Source of the DNA: Octopus sinensis
Lineage: Eukaryota
NCBI RefSeq assembly: GCF_006345805.1
Contig: NC_042999.1
Span: 78,244,001 to 78,308,000 of the forward strand
Length of the DNA: 64,000 nt
Direction: 5' to 3'
Shown: in pieces, positions 40,381 to 52,985 of the stretch
Position numbering within the stretch: position 1 is the first letter of the stretch
How the letters are laid out: the number at the start of each line of letters is the position of its first letter
Notes under the pieces: generated by a model
Database searches by the model: none
What the model saw: only the letters and a program-made list of their open reading frames with translations
Told to the model about the DNA's origin: nothing
Program-made: the position numbers and the translations under genes

Positions 40381-40542
40381 TTCGTCTGTCTTTACATTCT
40401 GAGTTCAAATTCCGCCAAGGTTGACTTTGCCTTTCATCCTTTCGGGGTCAATAAATTAAGTACCAGTTGTGTACTGGGGTCAATCTAATCGACTGGCCCC
40501 CTCCCCCAGGGTTTCGGGCCTTGCGCCTAGATTAGAAACGAT
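40381..40542 (+). mobile_element. SINE copy (same family) in TAB1 intron 2
   Basis: ttctgagttcaaattccgccaaggttgactttgcctttcatcctttcggggtcaataaattaagtacc. Confidence 0.8.
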
Positions 40543-42076
40543 ATATGAATATATTGGGTCAACCCATAAATAATGCAGTTTTTTCAATTGCACGAACTAA
40601 AAGTTGGAGGGGGTATGGGATAAACTACCTGCATCAACTTTCTATAAAAGCAGTTAGTAATTTTACCTTGTACTTATTCTTAGTGCAAGTTGTGAAGAGT
40701 GCAGTTCGATTTTAACAGTTATTATTTCAAAGATATAATGGAAGTGACAAAGGAGCATATTCGGCATATTTTGCTTTACAAGTTCAATGAGTGGCTGTGT
40801 GGTAAGTAACTTGCTTATGAACCACATGGTTCCAGGTTCAGTCCCACTGCGTGGCACCTTGGGCAAGTGTCTTCTACTATAGTCTCAAAACTGATGCCCT
40901 GAAAGTATTCTGGTTAAGTTTATCACACATTCTGTCATGTCACCTAATACTCATTGTAGTTGGTGTTAGGAAGGCCATGTCAAAGGTAACACTGAAGTTC
41001 AGTGCATTCATGTGGCTTGTCACTCTGCTAGACTGTCCAACTCATGCCAGCATGAAAACAAACATTAAACGAGGACGATAATAATATCATCATCATCATT
41101 TAACGTCTGCCCTCCGTGCTAGCATGTGTGAGTGGGTAGGTAGGTAGAAAGATATCGTCATCATCATCATTTAATGTCCACCTTCCCTGCTGGCATGGGT
41201 TGGATGCACCAGACTTGTGTATGTTTTGGCAGTTTTTATGGCTGGATGCCCTTCCTAACATCAACCACTCCACACAGTGGACTGAGTGCTTTTTATGTGG
41301 TACCAACACAAATGAGGCCAATTTTGGCATGGTTTTTACAGCTGGATGCTCTCCCAAATGCTAACCACTTTACTGTGTGGACTGGATGTGGCATCAGCAC
41401 TGGCAAGGTCACCAAGTAACTTGCAAGACAAAGAACCTTTGAGAGGAGAGGGGGCACTGGAGGATTTTGGAGTTCCAAACTTTTAAGGAATGTAGAACGA
41501 CCTCTTAGCTACTATTGTCAAGGATAACTAAAAGTCCTCATCACTCCAACGGACACACACACACACACAATATATATGTAGTCAAGAGATGAGATCCAGA
41601 GATTCTCAGTATAGAAGATACTTAATAGAGCTCAAATAATTCAAACTTAGACTCTGAGGTCTTTATAGGGGATCAATTCTGCAGGATAAAGAATGGCTGT
41701 AAGAGGGATCAAGTTGAGCAGATAATTGCCCCCCCCCTCTCCCTATACACACACACTGAGAAAAACAAGGCAGTCAGAATTTTGGATAATTCTTTATTAG
41801 CACTTTTTGTTCGTTTAACCAAATTCTTCAAGAAAAATGAACCAAAATAATAAAAACGTTTCATTTTGTTTTGTTTAGAAGAGCAGATGTTCATTTTGTT
41901 TTGTTTAGAAGAGGAGGAAATTTTGTTTTTTGGAGAAAGGGAGAAAGAGAAAGATGTGTGTGTGTGTGTGTGTATATATATAACCTGGAATCTAAGGTCC
42001 TTAAAGTTAACTTAGCAAGGACTTCATGTAGGTGGCTCTGTTCAATTTGTAGGAAAGGTGTAGACAGGAACTCCAT

Positions 42077-42295
42077 ATAGTGTACCCAGTATAAGCTATT
42101 CTTTACTACTCTAGGCACAAGGCCCGGAATTTTCAGGGAGCAGTTGATTAGATCGACCCCAGTATGCAACTAGTACTTGATTTATCAACCCTGAAAGGAT
42201 GAAAGGCAAAGTCAACCTTGGCGGAATTTGAACTCAGAGTGTAAAGACAGACGAAATACTGCTAAGCGTTTTGCCCAGCGTGCTAACGTTTCTGC
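42077..42295 (-). mobile_element. SINE copy (same family), inverted relative to 40381-40542
   Basis: aaggatgaaaggcaaagtcaaccttggcggaatttgaactcagag. Confidence 0.8.
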
Positions 42296-42861
42296 CTTGA
42301 CACATAAGAGATGTAGTGGATTAATAGGAAGGTTATTAGAGAAGAAAGTGTTCATATGTGGGAGATGCACAGGATCCATAAAAGCTGTACAGACATGGGA
42401 AATTGATTCTCTCAAATGCCTTGGTGGCTTATTAGAGGTAGTAGATAATTTCTTTTATGTAGGGGAGGATTACAGAGGGTGTGATAGCTAGAATGAGAAT
42501 AGGATGGAGGAAATTCAGAGAGCTATTACTTCTGTTGGCTATGAAAGGAAGATTGTATGATGCATGTATACGGACAGCAATTCTACACGATAGTGAGAAA
42601 TGGGCCCTGAATGCAGAGGAGAGGTAAAGGTTAGAGAGGAATGAGGCTAGTATGCTCCACTGGATGTGTAATGTAAGTGTACATGTTTGACAGAGTGCTA
42701 GTGTATTGAGAGAGAAGTTGGGCATAAGAGGTATTGGATGCTGTATGCAAGACTGCACTGGTTTGGTCATGTGATGCAGATGGATGCCAACAACTCTATA
42801 AAGAAGTGCTGATCTCTCTAAGTAAATGGAACACGTAGAAGTGGGAGATCTAAGAAGACAC
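42296..42861 (+). mobile_element. RTE-type LINE RT C-terminal fragment, tail missing
   Basis: HKRCSGL...CGRCTG, RIGWRKFRELL, GRLYDAC.RTAILH, RLERNEASML.WMCNV. Confidence 0.88.
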
Positions 42862-43946
42862 GGTACTAGAAATGAGGAGAGAACAAGGCCGCTCGAGTTC
42901 TGTGATGCAAATGACTTTAATCTGCAACACTAACTTCAGAAAACTAGACAGCCATTTGATCACCTATCAAGAGCAGAAGTAGAAAGGAAAAGGGTTGCCA
43001 ATCTCTTACAATGTGAGGGTCAGAGATGTGAAGTGTTCCAGATTGCAAGAGAGTGTATAAGAAAGAATTAAGATATTGTTAAAGAGAAGTGTGTATGGAT
43101 GAATAATGGCATGCTTGCCTTTATTCATCCATACACACTTAGTGATACTGAAAAAGAATAGGTATGAAAGTGTTATATGTGGGTACAATGGTGATATAGT
43201 CAAGCACTGTAAAACTGTATTTGATTAACTTCCATTTCTATGGGTACATGGAAAGGGAAAGGCCCAATGAAATTGTTTTGTCCTAGACACACCTCAGGAA
43301 ATATCTTCAGTAATTGAAGTTACTATTGCCATCTTTCTTATACACTCTCTTGCAATCTGGAACACTTCACATCTCTGACCCTCACATTGTAAGAGATTGG
43401 CAACCCTTTTCCTTTCTACTTCTGCTCTTGCTAGATAAACCTGTTACATAGCTTCACTTTTAGTTACCTAATAGGGTTCTTTACTATCTCCATTTTTCCA
43501 CTCTTTCCTTTTATGACCCTGTCTACCTCACTGTTCCACCACTATGTCATTCTTAGTAGGTTATCCAGTAAGAATGTTCACTTGTCCTCTGCTCTGTTAT
43601 ATATCTCTGTCTCCTCTTCCTTTTTGTCAAGTGCTTTAATTAGAACATCTCTATATCTCCTTAAGTTCTCATATCCTCCTTTTCCAGATTGGTTTAAATC
43701 TCTAGGTTTTCCTGGTTCTAAAGTCACTAACTACTAACTAATGTTGAGTTGTTAGGGAAGGACTTTGCATTCAGAAGCCTTTGTCTATCACTGTTTCTGG
43801 TGAGAATATAGTCTATACAGCTTGTGTGTCTACCAGATTGATAGGTGATCAAATGGCTGTCTAGTTTTCTGAAGTTAGTGTTGAAGATTAAAGTCATTTG
43901 CATCACAGAACTCAAGCAGCCTTGTTCTCTCCTCATTTCTAGTACC
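42862..43946. repeat. Nested inverted duplication: 42968-43066 / 43332-43430 (99/99) and 42862-42970 / 43838-43946 (106/109)
   Basis: Base-by-base comparison of the arms. Confidence 0.95.
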
Positions 43947-44436
43947 AAGACTCCAAAATGCCATGAAATTTTGATTGAAGTGCTGCCCATCATGTCTAGT
44001 GAAGTCACCAGCCATGATAATAAGATCAATGTCTTTCATCATTGAGATAATCTGGCAAAGGGATTCATAGAAACAGTCCTTCTGTTCATATGTCAATACA
44101 GTATGTGGAGCAGATGTCATTGTTACATTACACAAGGCTAGTCTTAGCTTAATAATCCTGTTACACATGCTGACAATCTCAATTACCTTACCCATTTCTC
44201 TGCCGCAACCAGACCTATACCACTCACCAAGAAGAATTTGTATCTACTCCTTGCCCATCAGCAATCTAGCTGAGGCTCCCCTCCACTGTACCTCTTGCAT
44301 ACAGCACACATCTACATGTCTCTGCTCTAGTATTTCAACAGTCTCACTAGACCTACCTTTCATTGTGCCAACATTGATTGAGGTGGCTCGAAAGTTTATG
44401 GACTTGGGACGAGTGAAAAAGTTTGGCTTCTTTTTG
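43332..44436 (-). mobile_element. RTE-type LINE 5' part (APE endonuclease and linker), decayed
   Basis: NVGTMKGRSSETVEILEQRHVDVCCMQEVQWRG, AGDF, GTRNEE..RLLEFCDAND, ITYQSG...CIDYILTR. Confidence 0.9.
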
Positions 44437-44529
44437 GACAGACCTCATACGTACACACACACATATCATCATCATCGTTTAACGATGATGATGATGATGA
44501 TATGTGTGTGTGTACATATGAGGTCTGTC
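44437..44529. repeat. 93-bp near-perfect palindrome with 1-nt centre
   Basis: Left arm 44437-44479, right arm 44481-44529; one substitution and two extra CAT units. Confidence 0.95.
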
Positions 44530-45476
44530 ATTCAGTAAAAGCAGTGATATGGACCTGATATTAGGTCTGGGTTTCTCACTGGGTTATCTTCATTCTGTTT
44601 ATTTCTCACCACAAATTTAATGTGATATAACCTGTTTATTTTATAGCACTATGTTTCTGAACTTCCATTAATTCTAATTTCTGCAATTCTTTTACTTGGT
44701 TTGTTAGGTACTAGTGATACATGTTAATTTTGGGGGGTGTTATTTTAAAGGAATAACAGGAATAACAACAGAAAATTTACTGAAAGAACTCAATACTAAT
44801 ATAGAGTTAAATTTATTATAAAATAGTTTTGATAGTGATTTCAAGTTTCAACATATTTTCTTTTATTTGAAATATGCCCTCAAACACTACACAGTTGTTA
44901 TAAATCATTAAAAAAACCACAACAAAAAATCTGATTTTCTGACAAGTTGATAGGAAAGTGAATTGTAATAAGTATAGTTTAGATTAATAAAAAAGTATGC
45001 AAGCAATGCTGGATATTTGTTTAGTAAATATTTAATATATTTCAGATAGAAAAATTTCTTTTCTCAGCATAAGAAGCATATTTTATATTGTACGAGATAC
45101 CAGCTTTTTTTGTAGAGATGTTCTAATTGGATCTCATACTTTGCCCAGGTGAATCATACAATACCTGTACATAAAGTTTGAATAAATGACCAATTGGATA
45201 TTTTCACAACTTAATCTCAAAGTAATTTCGTTTGAAAATTATTATTGAGCAGTCAGAGATTTTTTGCTTAAAATACAATGTTGTTTGTGTGTGTCTTTAT
45301 GTGTGCTCCCTAATCATGGAACAACTATACATTCTTAGCAAACTGTGTTCATGCTCTGAATTTACTTCCCATCTGGGTCATTTCATTTATGTTTCTAATA
45401 TGCTTGTAAAACACATGAAACAATCTCATTCCGTTTTTCTATGATACACCATCGACTACATCACTGACATGATACC

Positions 45477-45707
45477 TATTTCTTTATTACCCACAAGGGG
45501 CTAAACATAGAGGGGACAAACAAAGACAGACATAGGTATTAAGTCGATTACATCGTCCCCAGTGCGTAACTTGTACTTAATTTGTCGACCCCGAAAGGAT
45601 GAAAGGCAAAGTCGACCTCGGCGGAATTTGAACTAACAACGTGACAACAGACGAAATACAGCTACGCATTTCGCCCGGCGTGCTAACGTTTCTGCCAGCA
45701 CGCCGCC
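45477..45707 (-). mobile_element. Full-length CpG-rich copy of the same SINE with about 17-bp TSD
   Basis: ATCACTGACAT(G/A)ATACC at 45460-45476 and 45710-45726. Confidence 0.85.
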
Positions 45708-46820
45708 ATATCACTGACATAATACCATTTTCTCCATACCAGCATGTGTTAGCATAGATAAATGATAGTGTGAATATGGGATTTTGTTTATTTTTACATG
45801 TCAGCAGGAGCTAGATGAATATATAATTGAGGCATTGTTTTAAAGACAGACGCTCTTGCTAACTTTTACTTATCGTTTGTTTTTTTTTGCAAGTAAGGGA
45901 TTTCATTCCAAAACACCTTCAAAGACACAAAGTTAGCCATTATTTGTTGACAGGAAAATAACTTCATTATTTGTAGTTCAATGATTTTCAGAGATGCATA
46001 ACTGTAATCAAACATATACAAGCACTCATCATCATTTTATGTCTGTATTCCCAGCAGACATGGGTTGGACAGTTTGATTGCAGCCAATGAGCCAGAAGAC
46101 TGTGCCAAACTCCAATGTCTACTCTGGTACGGTTTCTATGACTGGATGCCCTCCCTAATGCGAACCAGTTCACCAAGTGTACTGGGTGCTTTTTGTGTGG
46201 CACTAGCACTAGTAACTTGCAAGACAAAACTCAGCTGAGGAGGGATGCTGCATTGAGGGAAGTGGCTTTATGCTAGGTGATGGAAGGTTACAGTATGACA
46301 GAAATAACTGTCTTGCAGTAGAAGAGTGGTAACTCCACTTGAAAAGGATATATATATATATGTATAGAGGAGTGATTACTTCATTTGGAAAAGGATGATT
46401 ACATATATATATATGATTACATGATGTACTTCATGATATCAGAGTAAAAATAGAAAAGTATTATATAATCCTCAAATGCTACAATAAATTTAATAAAGTC
46501 ATGAATTTGCCAATTATCCACAGGGCCTCAAAAACTGTGACAAAAAAATTTGAAAGCTAACTTTAGGAAATTTGAACTTAATCTGGAAGAAGGAGCACTG
46601 CAGAAAACATGACTACTAGGTTCACTGAAAATTATCTGGAAAGATAATACTCAATACAAAGAGTGGATATGAACAAAGAAAAATTAATAAATAAATAAAA
46701 ACATCTTTTATATAGAAAGTACAAAATGCTCCTTATCCTGGATCACAAGTAGTAATTAAGTAGGCAGTATAATTAAACTATGCACAACACCAATACAGTG
46801 AAAAAAAAAAAGTATATTAC

Positions 46821-46951
46821 CAGAAGTAGAAACTTCTGTCTTCAAATTCATGTTGTTCTATGGGGTGACGATCTCCTGGATAGAATGCATTGGTGGCTGT
46901 TCCTAAACTGGTCTGCTCACACTTCACTAAATCATCAGTCCAACGGTTACC
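46821..46951 (-). CDS. TAB1: TAB1 coding exon 2 (GNRWTDDLVKCEQTSLGTATNAFYPGDRHPIEQHEFEDRSFYF)
   Basis: tttcaag| acceptor, |gtaata donor, 131 bp, phase 0->2. WTDDL..C and ED motifs match the recalled TAB1 N-terminus. Too short for the ORF track. Confidence 0.93.
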
Positions 46952-47086
46952 CTTGAAAGTAGATATATGCACATATATTGTTTAATATACATACAAAATA
47001 TATACATCATTATTTTAACATATACTTTTCCATGCTCAAATTCATGCTTAAATTTTGAGGATGAAGTCTCCATACTCTCTATCGTT

Positions 47087-47377
47087 ATAAATGACAAGAG
47101 AAATAGTATGATGAAAATTTATTTAACTATAAGAAATTTCAAATATCATGGCAAATTGTTTCATAAAAGCAAGTAAAGATAATTTATATTATTTTATTTA
47201 ATAATAAATTACTTGCATGTCTGCATTAATGCAAAAAATCTTTTAAAACATGCAGATATGTAAATAATTTATAATAATATAAATTATCTTTACATGCTTT
47301 AAGTAATGAAACAATTTGTGATATTTGAATTTTCTTGTTAAATAAATTTTCCTCATACAGTTTCTCTTATCATTTAT
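47087..47377. repeat. AT-rich fold-back (arms about 140 and 128 bp, 23-nt loop) near the TAB1 exon 2 acceptor
   Basis: The + and - ORF-track peptides share INDKRN.M.KIYLT..FKYH because the arms are reverse complements. Confidence 0.85.
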
Positions 47378-47544
47378 GAACCTTATACACACCTTATTTT
47401 CTCTTATACTATATATTCTATGTTTGTAGACTGATACATTAAGGAGCATTTTTTATAACTACTACTGGATTACTTGAACCTGTTATATTGTGACTTAAAT
47501 TTTTACACACACACATATTTTCCCCTCAGCTCCTCATCAAGGTT

Positions 47545-48560
47545 GATGATGACGTCTGCTTTCATAAGTTGATGAGACTGTTCATTCCCATTCTGGATCC
47601 ATAAATACTACAGCAGATAAGGCAGGGAAAATATCTAGATTGTGTTGGTTGGTTTCAGGGTTCATGCTTATGTCATTTTTCCTTGAGATGGTGGTATCGA
47701 TATTGCTTGAAGACTGACTCCTTTGCTTTGTCACAGTTGCTCTGTGATGTCTTTCTGTCTTAAGAGAGATTCTCAAAGCTGGGAGAATGGCCTGTTGCAA
47801 ACTTCAATTTTCTTTAACAGATCTTTGTTTTCTTTTTTGTGCCCCATGAGAGCAATCTCCAGTTTCAAGTCCTCTACAGGGGACAATTTTTGGAAGGTGA
47901 TTTTCAGGCACCTATGCTACATGTCCTTCTCAGTGCAGAAGACAACAGTCAAAGATGCATTCAATACTTGTGATTCCTGGATGCTGAAAGATATAGTGGG
48001 GAATCTATTGTTCTCAAGAGATGCCAAGAATTTTTTGAAAGCACTGAACATGAAAAATGTCCAGCATTCACTGCCATGCAGTGGTGTGGAGATCACAACA
48101 GCTCAATATGCAACAATTTTGGTATGAAAACAAAGACTTGAGTTGGCAAATACCTAGGATTTCAGTCTTCCAAACAAAGTAGCAGGTTGATGCAGTTGTT
48201 GATATCTTCATCAGTAAGTGCCAAATCTGAAATTATACTGCCAAGACAGCAGAAAGATTGTGTGTTTATCAGAGGTGAATTGTTTACATGCAGTTGCTGA
48301 GGAAGCTTGTTGCCTGTGAGTAATGTCTGCATGACCTTAGTCTTTTTTGGGATTGATGGCACTACAGCTCTCAATGATGAACCAAGTTATCAAGATTGTC
48401 AAAGTAACATAGTTGCAGAATGCAATCAGAAAGGAAACCTGGCTTGAAGAAATTGATGATGATTACAATTCACTGATCCAGAAAATGAAAAGTTGCATGT
48501 GGATAGTGAGAACTGTAAACCTACAGGAGTCAAACAGGGATCTCATAGGAAACTGGGAAT
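47545..48560 (-). mobile_element. BovB-like RTE LINE 3' part, in TAB1 intron 1
   Basis: Remnants FC.LGSIIS, HLPKIV...GL.TG..SHG.QK and a terminal Cys finger; many disruptions. Boundaries approximate. Confidence 0.65.
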
Positions 48561-49275
48561 ATGTTAGAGAAACAAAATGAAAAGGAATATGGAAGATCAA
48601 CTTGATTATTTCATTCTCTGCAAGGTGATAAGAGATCTACAAAGAGGCATCAAGAACTAGAGACTGAAAAGCAGCTGTTGCCGAAGAGAGGAAAATTCTA
48701 AAAAGAAGCAAGAAAGAGATGGCAGTTACTGGAGTTTATGGTGTTCAAGAACAAAGACAGGCTCACGGTTATGAACAAAAGGAGTTGGAGGAGGTCTGTG
48801 AAACCTTTTACATCAATCATTTTAAAATCATCAATGACACTGAATCCTCCACTGTCACAAGTATTTGAAGTGTCACCCATTTTGTTTTAAAGCTAATGAA
48901 GAACAAAAACCTCTTGAAAAGAAGTTATAATAGCAGAATGTTGAAGAGTGGAGAATAACGACTAAAGAAAAATCTTCCTCTTTCATTGCAACTGATAAGT
49001 GAAAGTGAAAAACACCCTTACTGTCAGAGTTGAATAATATTTGGCTTTACAAGAAGGCTGATCTACAAAACTATCACCCCATATGCCTCTTGTGTCATCT
49101 CCACAAGCTGTTCAGAAAGGTCACAGTCACCAAACTATCATCACATCTTGACAACCAACATATGAGGAGCATACAGGTTTTTGGAAGAACAACAGCACAA
49201 GAGTATAAGCTGCCTTTTTGTGTTGCCTTCATTTATTATATTGGTGGTGCTGAAGTCCTTTGACTGAGTAGGAAT
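48560..49275 (+). mobile_element. RTE-type LINE RT N-terminal fragment
   Basis: KKADLQNYHPICLLCHLHKLF...LD.Q...EYKLPF.VAFI.Y matches RT domain 1-2 (K.GD..NYRPI.LL...YKLF). Confidence 0.7.
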
Positions 49276-52200
49276 ACAGAAAAGGAGGCAGCTTTATGCT
49301 ACAAGTGAAGGATTAATGTGTGAGAGGAGCCAGAACAGAACAGGTTTCTTGCAATGGAGGAGCTACATGGTGATTCACATAATAGAAGAGAAGACGAGAA
49401 TGACCATGGTGGAGCTGGAAAGAGATAAAAATAATGATGATGTGCCAAAGTAGACCATAACAAGTGAAATAAGAGGAGACAGGAGAAGTGTGGGTGCATA
49501 GAGGTTGCAAAAGTGTATAGGAAAGTGGAATATAGTTAGAGATAATGAAAAGGTGAATATAATAAAGAACAAGAGTTAGAGGATAAGGGTGGTAGGAAGA
49601 AATTATGTAGGGTTGATGGGTAACCAATGATGAGTTTAGAGGGACTATTCACTTCTCCTCTGGACATAATCTGATATCTATTCCTGACTGGTGGAAATAA
49701 GTGCAATGCACAAGCCTGCAGTAGATTTCAAATAAAAATGTTGAACTATTTTGTGCAAGTAGTCCAACTTTCACCTATTTAACTTTTACATGAATCAACA
49801 GAGCATGAAACATATTCACTATTGGTTATTTAATTACTTGAATAGTTAAATAACTTAATGCAACTTATATTGTGACTGGAAGATGTATTCAGAGTACCAT
49901 TTGACAACTTCTATTGGGTTTCTGAGCATAGAGCAAGTCTGAATGAAATCAACAACAAAGCAGGAGAAAAGCAGCCATTACCAACATATGTCAAAATCCT
50001 CTTCCACACCACCTACAACCTCATTTGTTAATAATTTTAATGCAAAAAGAAGATATAAAATAATTTTTAAATAAAGAATAAAAAACAAAAAACAATGGAT
50101 ATTCTTCCAAACAAACAACTATGTAGCAGAAGTGGAATCCAATGCAGGTATTGGGGGCTGCAGCAAATGTTAGAAACCAAAAACAAAATACAACTTCATT
50201 GCCAGTAGAATCATCAAGCCAAAGAGAGAGAGACCAGAAGTAGAGGAAATAATGGAAGGATTTTGATGATGGGCTTGTGGGGAGTGCCACTGTGTGGAAA
50301 TAAAGTCCTGAGAGGGTGTAGTTCACAATAGCACTTGAATTCCTGGACAGTGACATTGGAAATTCATTCATTTATTAATAACCCAATATGACTAGGAAGA
50401 GTCTGGCTGATTCATCATGTAAAATGCTTACTAATGAGTCAAGACCATAGCATGGTTTTGTTAGTCATATCATTGAATCCTTCTTTATACAGTCTACCTG
50501 GTTGTAAATTAGTTAACAAGACAGGTGTAAATAACAGTAGTTGGCAATGTATCAGAAACTGATTTGTTGTATCATCAGATCTGCTGAAATAGACCTATGA
50601 TTTGCAATTAATTAACTGGGATTGATCTATAATAGTACAGCAAATATAAACAGACCTCCATCTACCTAGGACCATGATGCACGATTGAGTCATGTGATTG
50701 TGTGGGGTGAATAGTGGAAAAGAGCACACTGAGGTGGCTGAAACAGAGATAATTAAGGCTGGCTTGCCTCGTGGAATCTACAAGTAAGACTAATATTAAC
50801 AATTCCACAATCTAACACTACCAAGAATATATGCAAGGAGATGGAAAAATTAACTGCATCAAAAATACATAATGTAATTTTGATATGGAAGAGTTTATCT
50901 ATGCCACAGTTATGACACAATCACTAAAATAAAAAGTTTTTATGGAATCAGCTGCAATAAACAGAAAGTTTCATTGTTAAAATAATTTTCTAATCCAATG
51001 AGGTTAATTTGATTAAGCAGATCTTACATGACGGGAAACACTGGTCAAGAATTTAATACGAATTCTAACCTAATGCTTGGATTTCAATGAAGTAATAACA
51101 ATATTTTTACATTGGTATAATGTCACATTATGAAATCAATTGAAAAAATTCCCCAATATATAGCTAATATTTATGTTGATTTCCTCAGAACAAGGAAGAG
51201 CAGTGTCAACATGAACAGGATTTCAACTGAAGAATGCAGAACAAATCTAAATATTGTAAGGTATTTAGCCTGACACTCTGCATCTGCTACTCCACCATCC
51301 TTTTTCTGTGCTAATAAAAATCTACTACTCATTGTTAAAATGATGTTTAGGAAATATCTTGTTTTAACTGGATTCCAGAAGGAAAGTTATGCAGACAGTA
51401 GCCTCACTATGATTTTAGGAGCATCAAAAATCAGCAGCAAGATAATGAGAAGTGATATCGTGGAAGCGGAGATGACTTTTTACAAAGTGGTTCCACTTGT
51501 GATAGAGATGTTACTAACAAGTGTCCTAATCTAAGCTTTGCATGTCTATTTCACTCGACAACGAATTATGGGGTACCTGCAGAAACAGGCCTCAGTGTAA
51601 TATGATCATATCTATCTAGTGCTTAGAAGAAACTATGTAAATGTTCTAGTGAAGGTTGTAATAAAAATAACATGATAGACTGTTTTTGTTTATATTTACT
51701 TATGAAGTTCTCCCCTTCTATCAGAATATCGAATATGTTATTGGACATTTGTGTCCGTTTTGTGGATGGTTAACAGATGAAACTTGTAAAACCTACACAA
51801 ACAGAAACATGTAAATGTTTCTGAAACTGCGAGGAAATCCTGAGAAGTAATGAGAGAAATCTTCCCCCGGATAGTACGCCAGTTTTTCTGGTACCCACAC
51901 AAACAGGTGAACTGAAGCGATGTAGAATCAAGTGTTCTGTTCAGAATAATAGCGAAAACCCAGCAGGAATCTCATAACCCACGAGCAGATAGATCGGTAC
52001 TTTATTTACTAAAGTTACTTCAATTCCACCAATTAACGAACAGTTTCTCAAAATTGACGAGTAAATTTACGTACAGCTTGTAAATTTATACAGCAATTAG
52101 GATTCAAAATTGGCTTTAAGCACCACAAACCTCATAGTTTGAGGATGTCATCAATCCATGTTCTCTATCCAACTACCAGCACATATATTTACATACAAAA

Positions 52201-52875
52201 ACCAAAATGCAACGGGTTGCAGTGTTAGATCACCTTAATGGGTATTGTCAGAAACACAGATTCAATTTCTGACAAGAACGATTTCCATTTAATGCTTAAG
52301 GAAGAAAACTCGTAAACGTCCACAGCAAGCCGCGATCCATCCTTTAAGTGTTCAAGTGTATGTATGTGAGCGTGTGTGTGCTGTGAAAATAAATACTTCA
52401 TTGAACTTGATTTCGCTTGGTACCAAACCTAACCTAAGGAGCTTTAAACAGTAAATAATTAACAATTGAAAATTTGCAAAATGTAGAACATAAATAAAAG
52501 AACAACGAATGTTTTCAAAGATCCACGGATTCAAATTACACTTTTAATTCTGAGAAGCATATTCGGATATATCTTCCGATAAAATGAAGCAGAATTTTGG
52601 AGATGAGTTACATTTTGACACCACCCCCACCAAACATGTATTATTCTCTGTATGTGCGCATATACATACTATATTATAACAATTTTCATAAAGTTATACA
52701 ATTGACAAACATGAAGTTATTGTGTATTATACTTCAAGAAAAAGTTTATTAAAAAATGTCTAAGTTTAATTGCACAAGACGGGGGTGGGGAGATCAACAT
52801 ATTCGAAAAATAAGTTCGTAAAAAATTAAGTTAGATTTCTATTTTTAACACAACTTAAAAAAGATAGACACTATC

Positions 52876-52903
52876 CCACTTGCTTTATATATGTATATGT
52901 ATG

Positions 52904-52948
<45 letters not shown>

Positions 52949-52985
52949 TATGATAAATATATATATACATATATATATATATAAT
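52876..52985. repeat. (AT)n-rich microsatellite block in TAB1 intron 1 (second block about 53220-53345)
   Basis: Direct reading. Confidence 0.9.

Noticed and set aside
41860-41913. 24-bp direct repeat with 30-bp period
   Set aside because: Ordinary small tandem duplication in an intron.
42296-44436. Twin-priming 5' inversion as the explanation of the opposed LINE halves
   Set aside because: The halves converge rather than diverge, the 3' tail is missing, and the duplications are much younger than the LINE.
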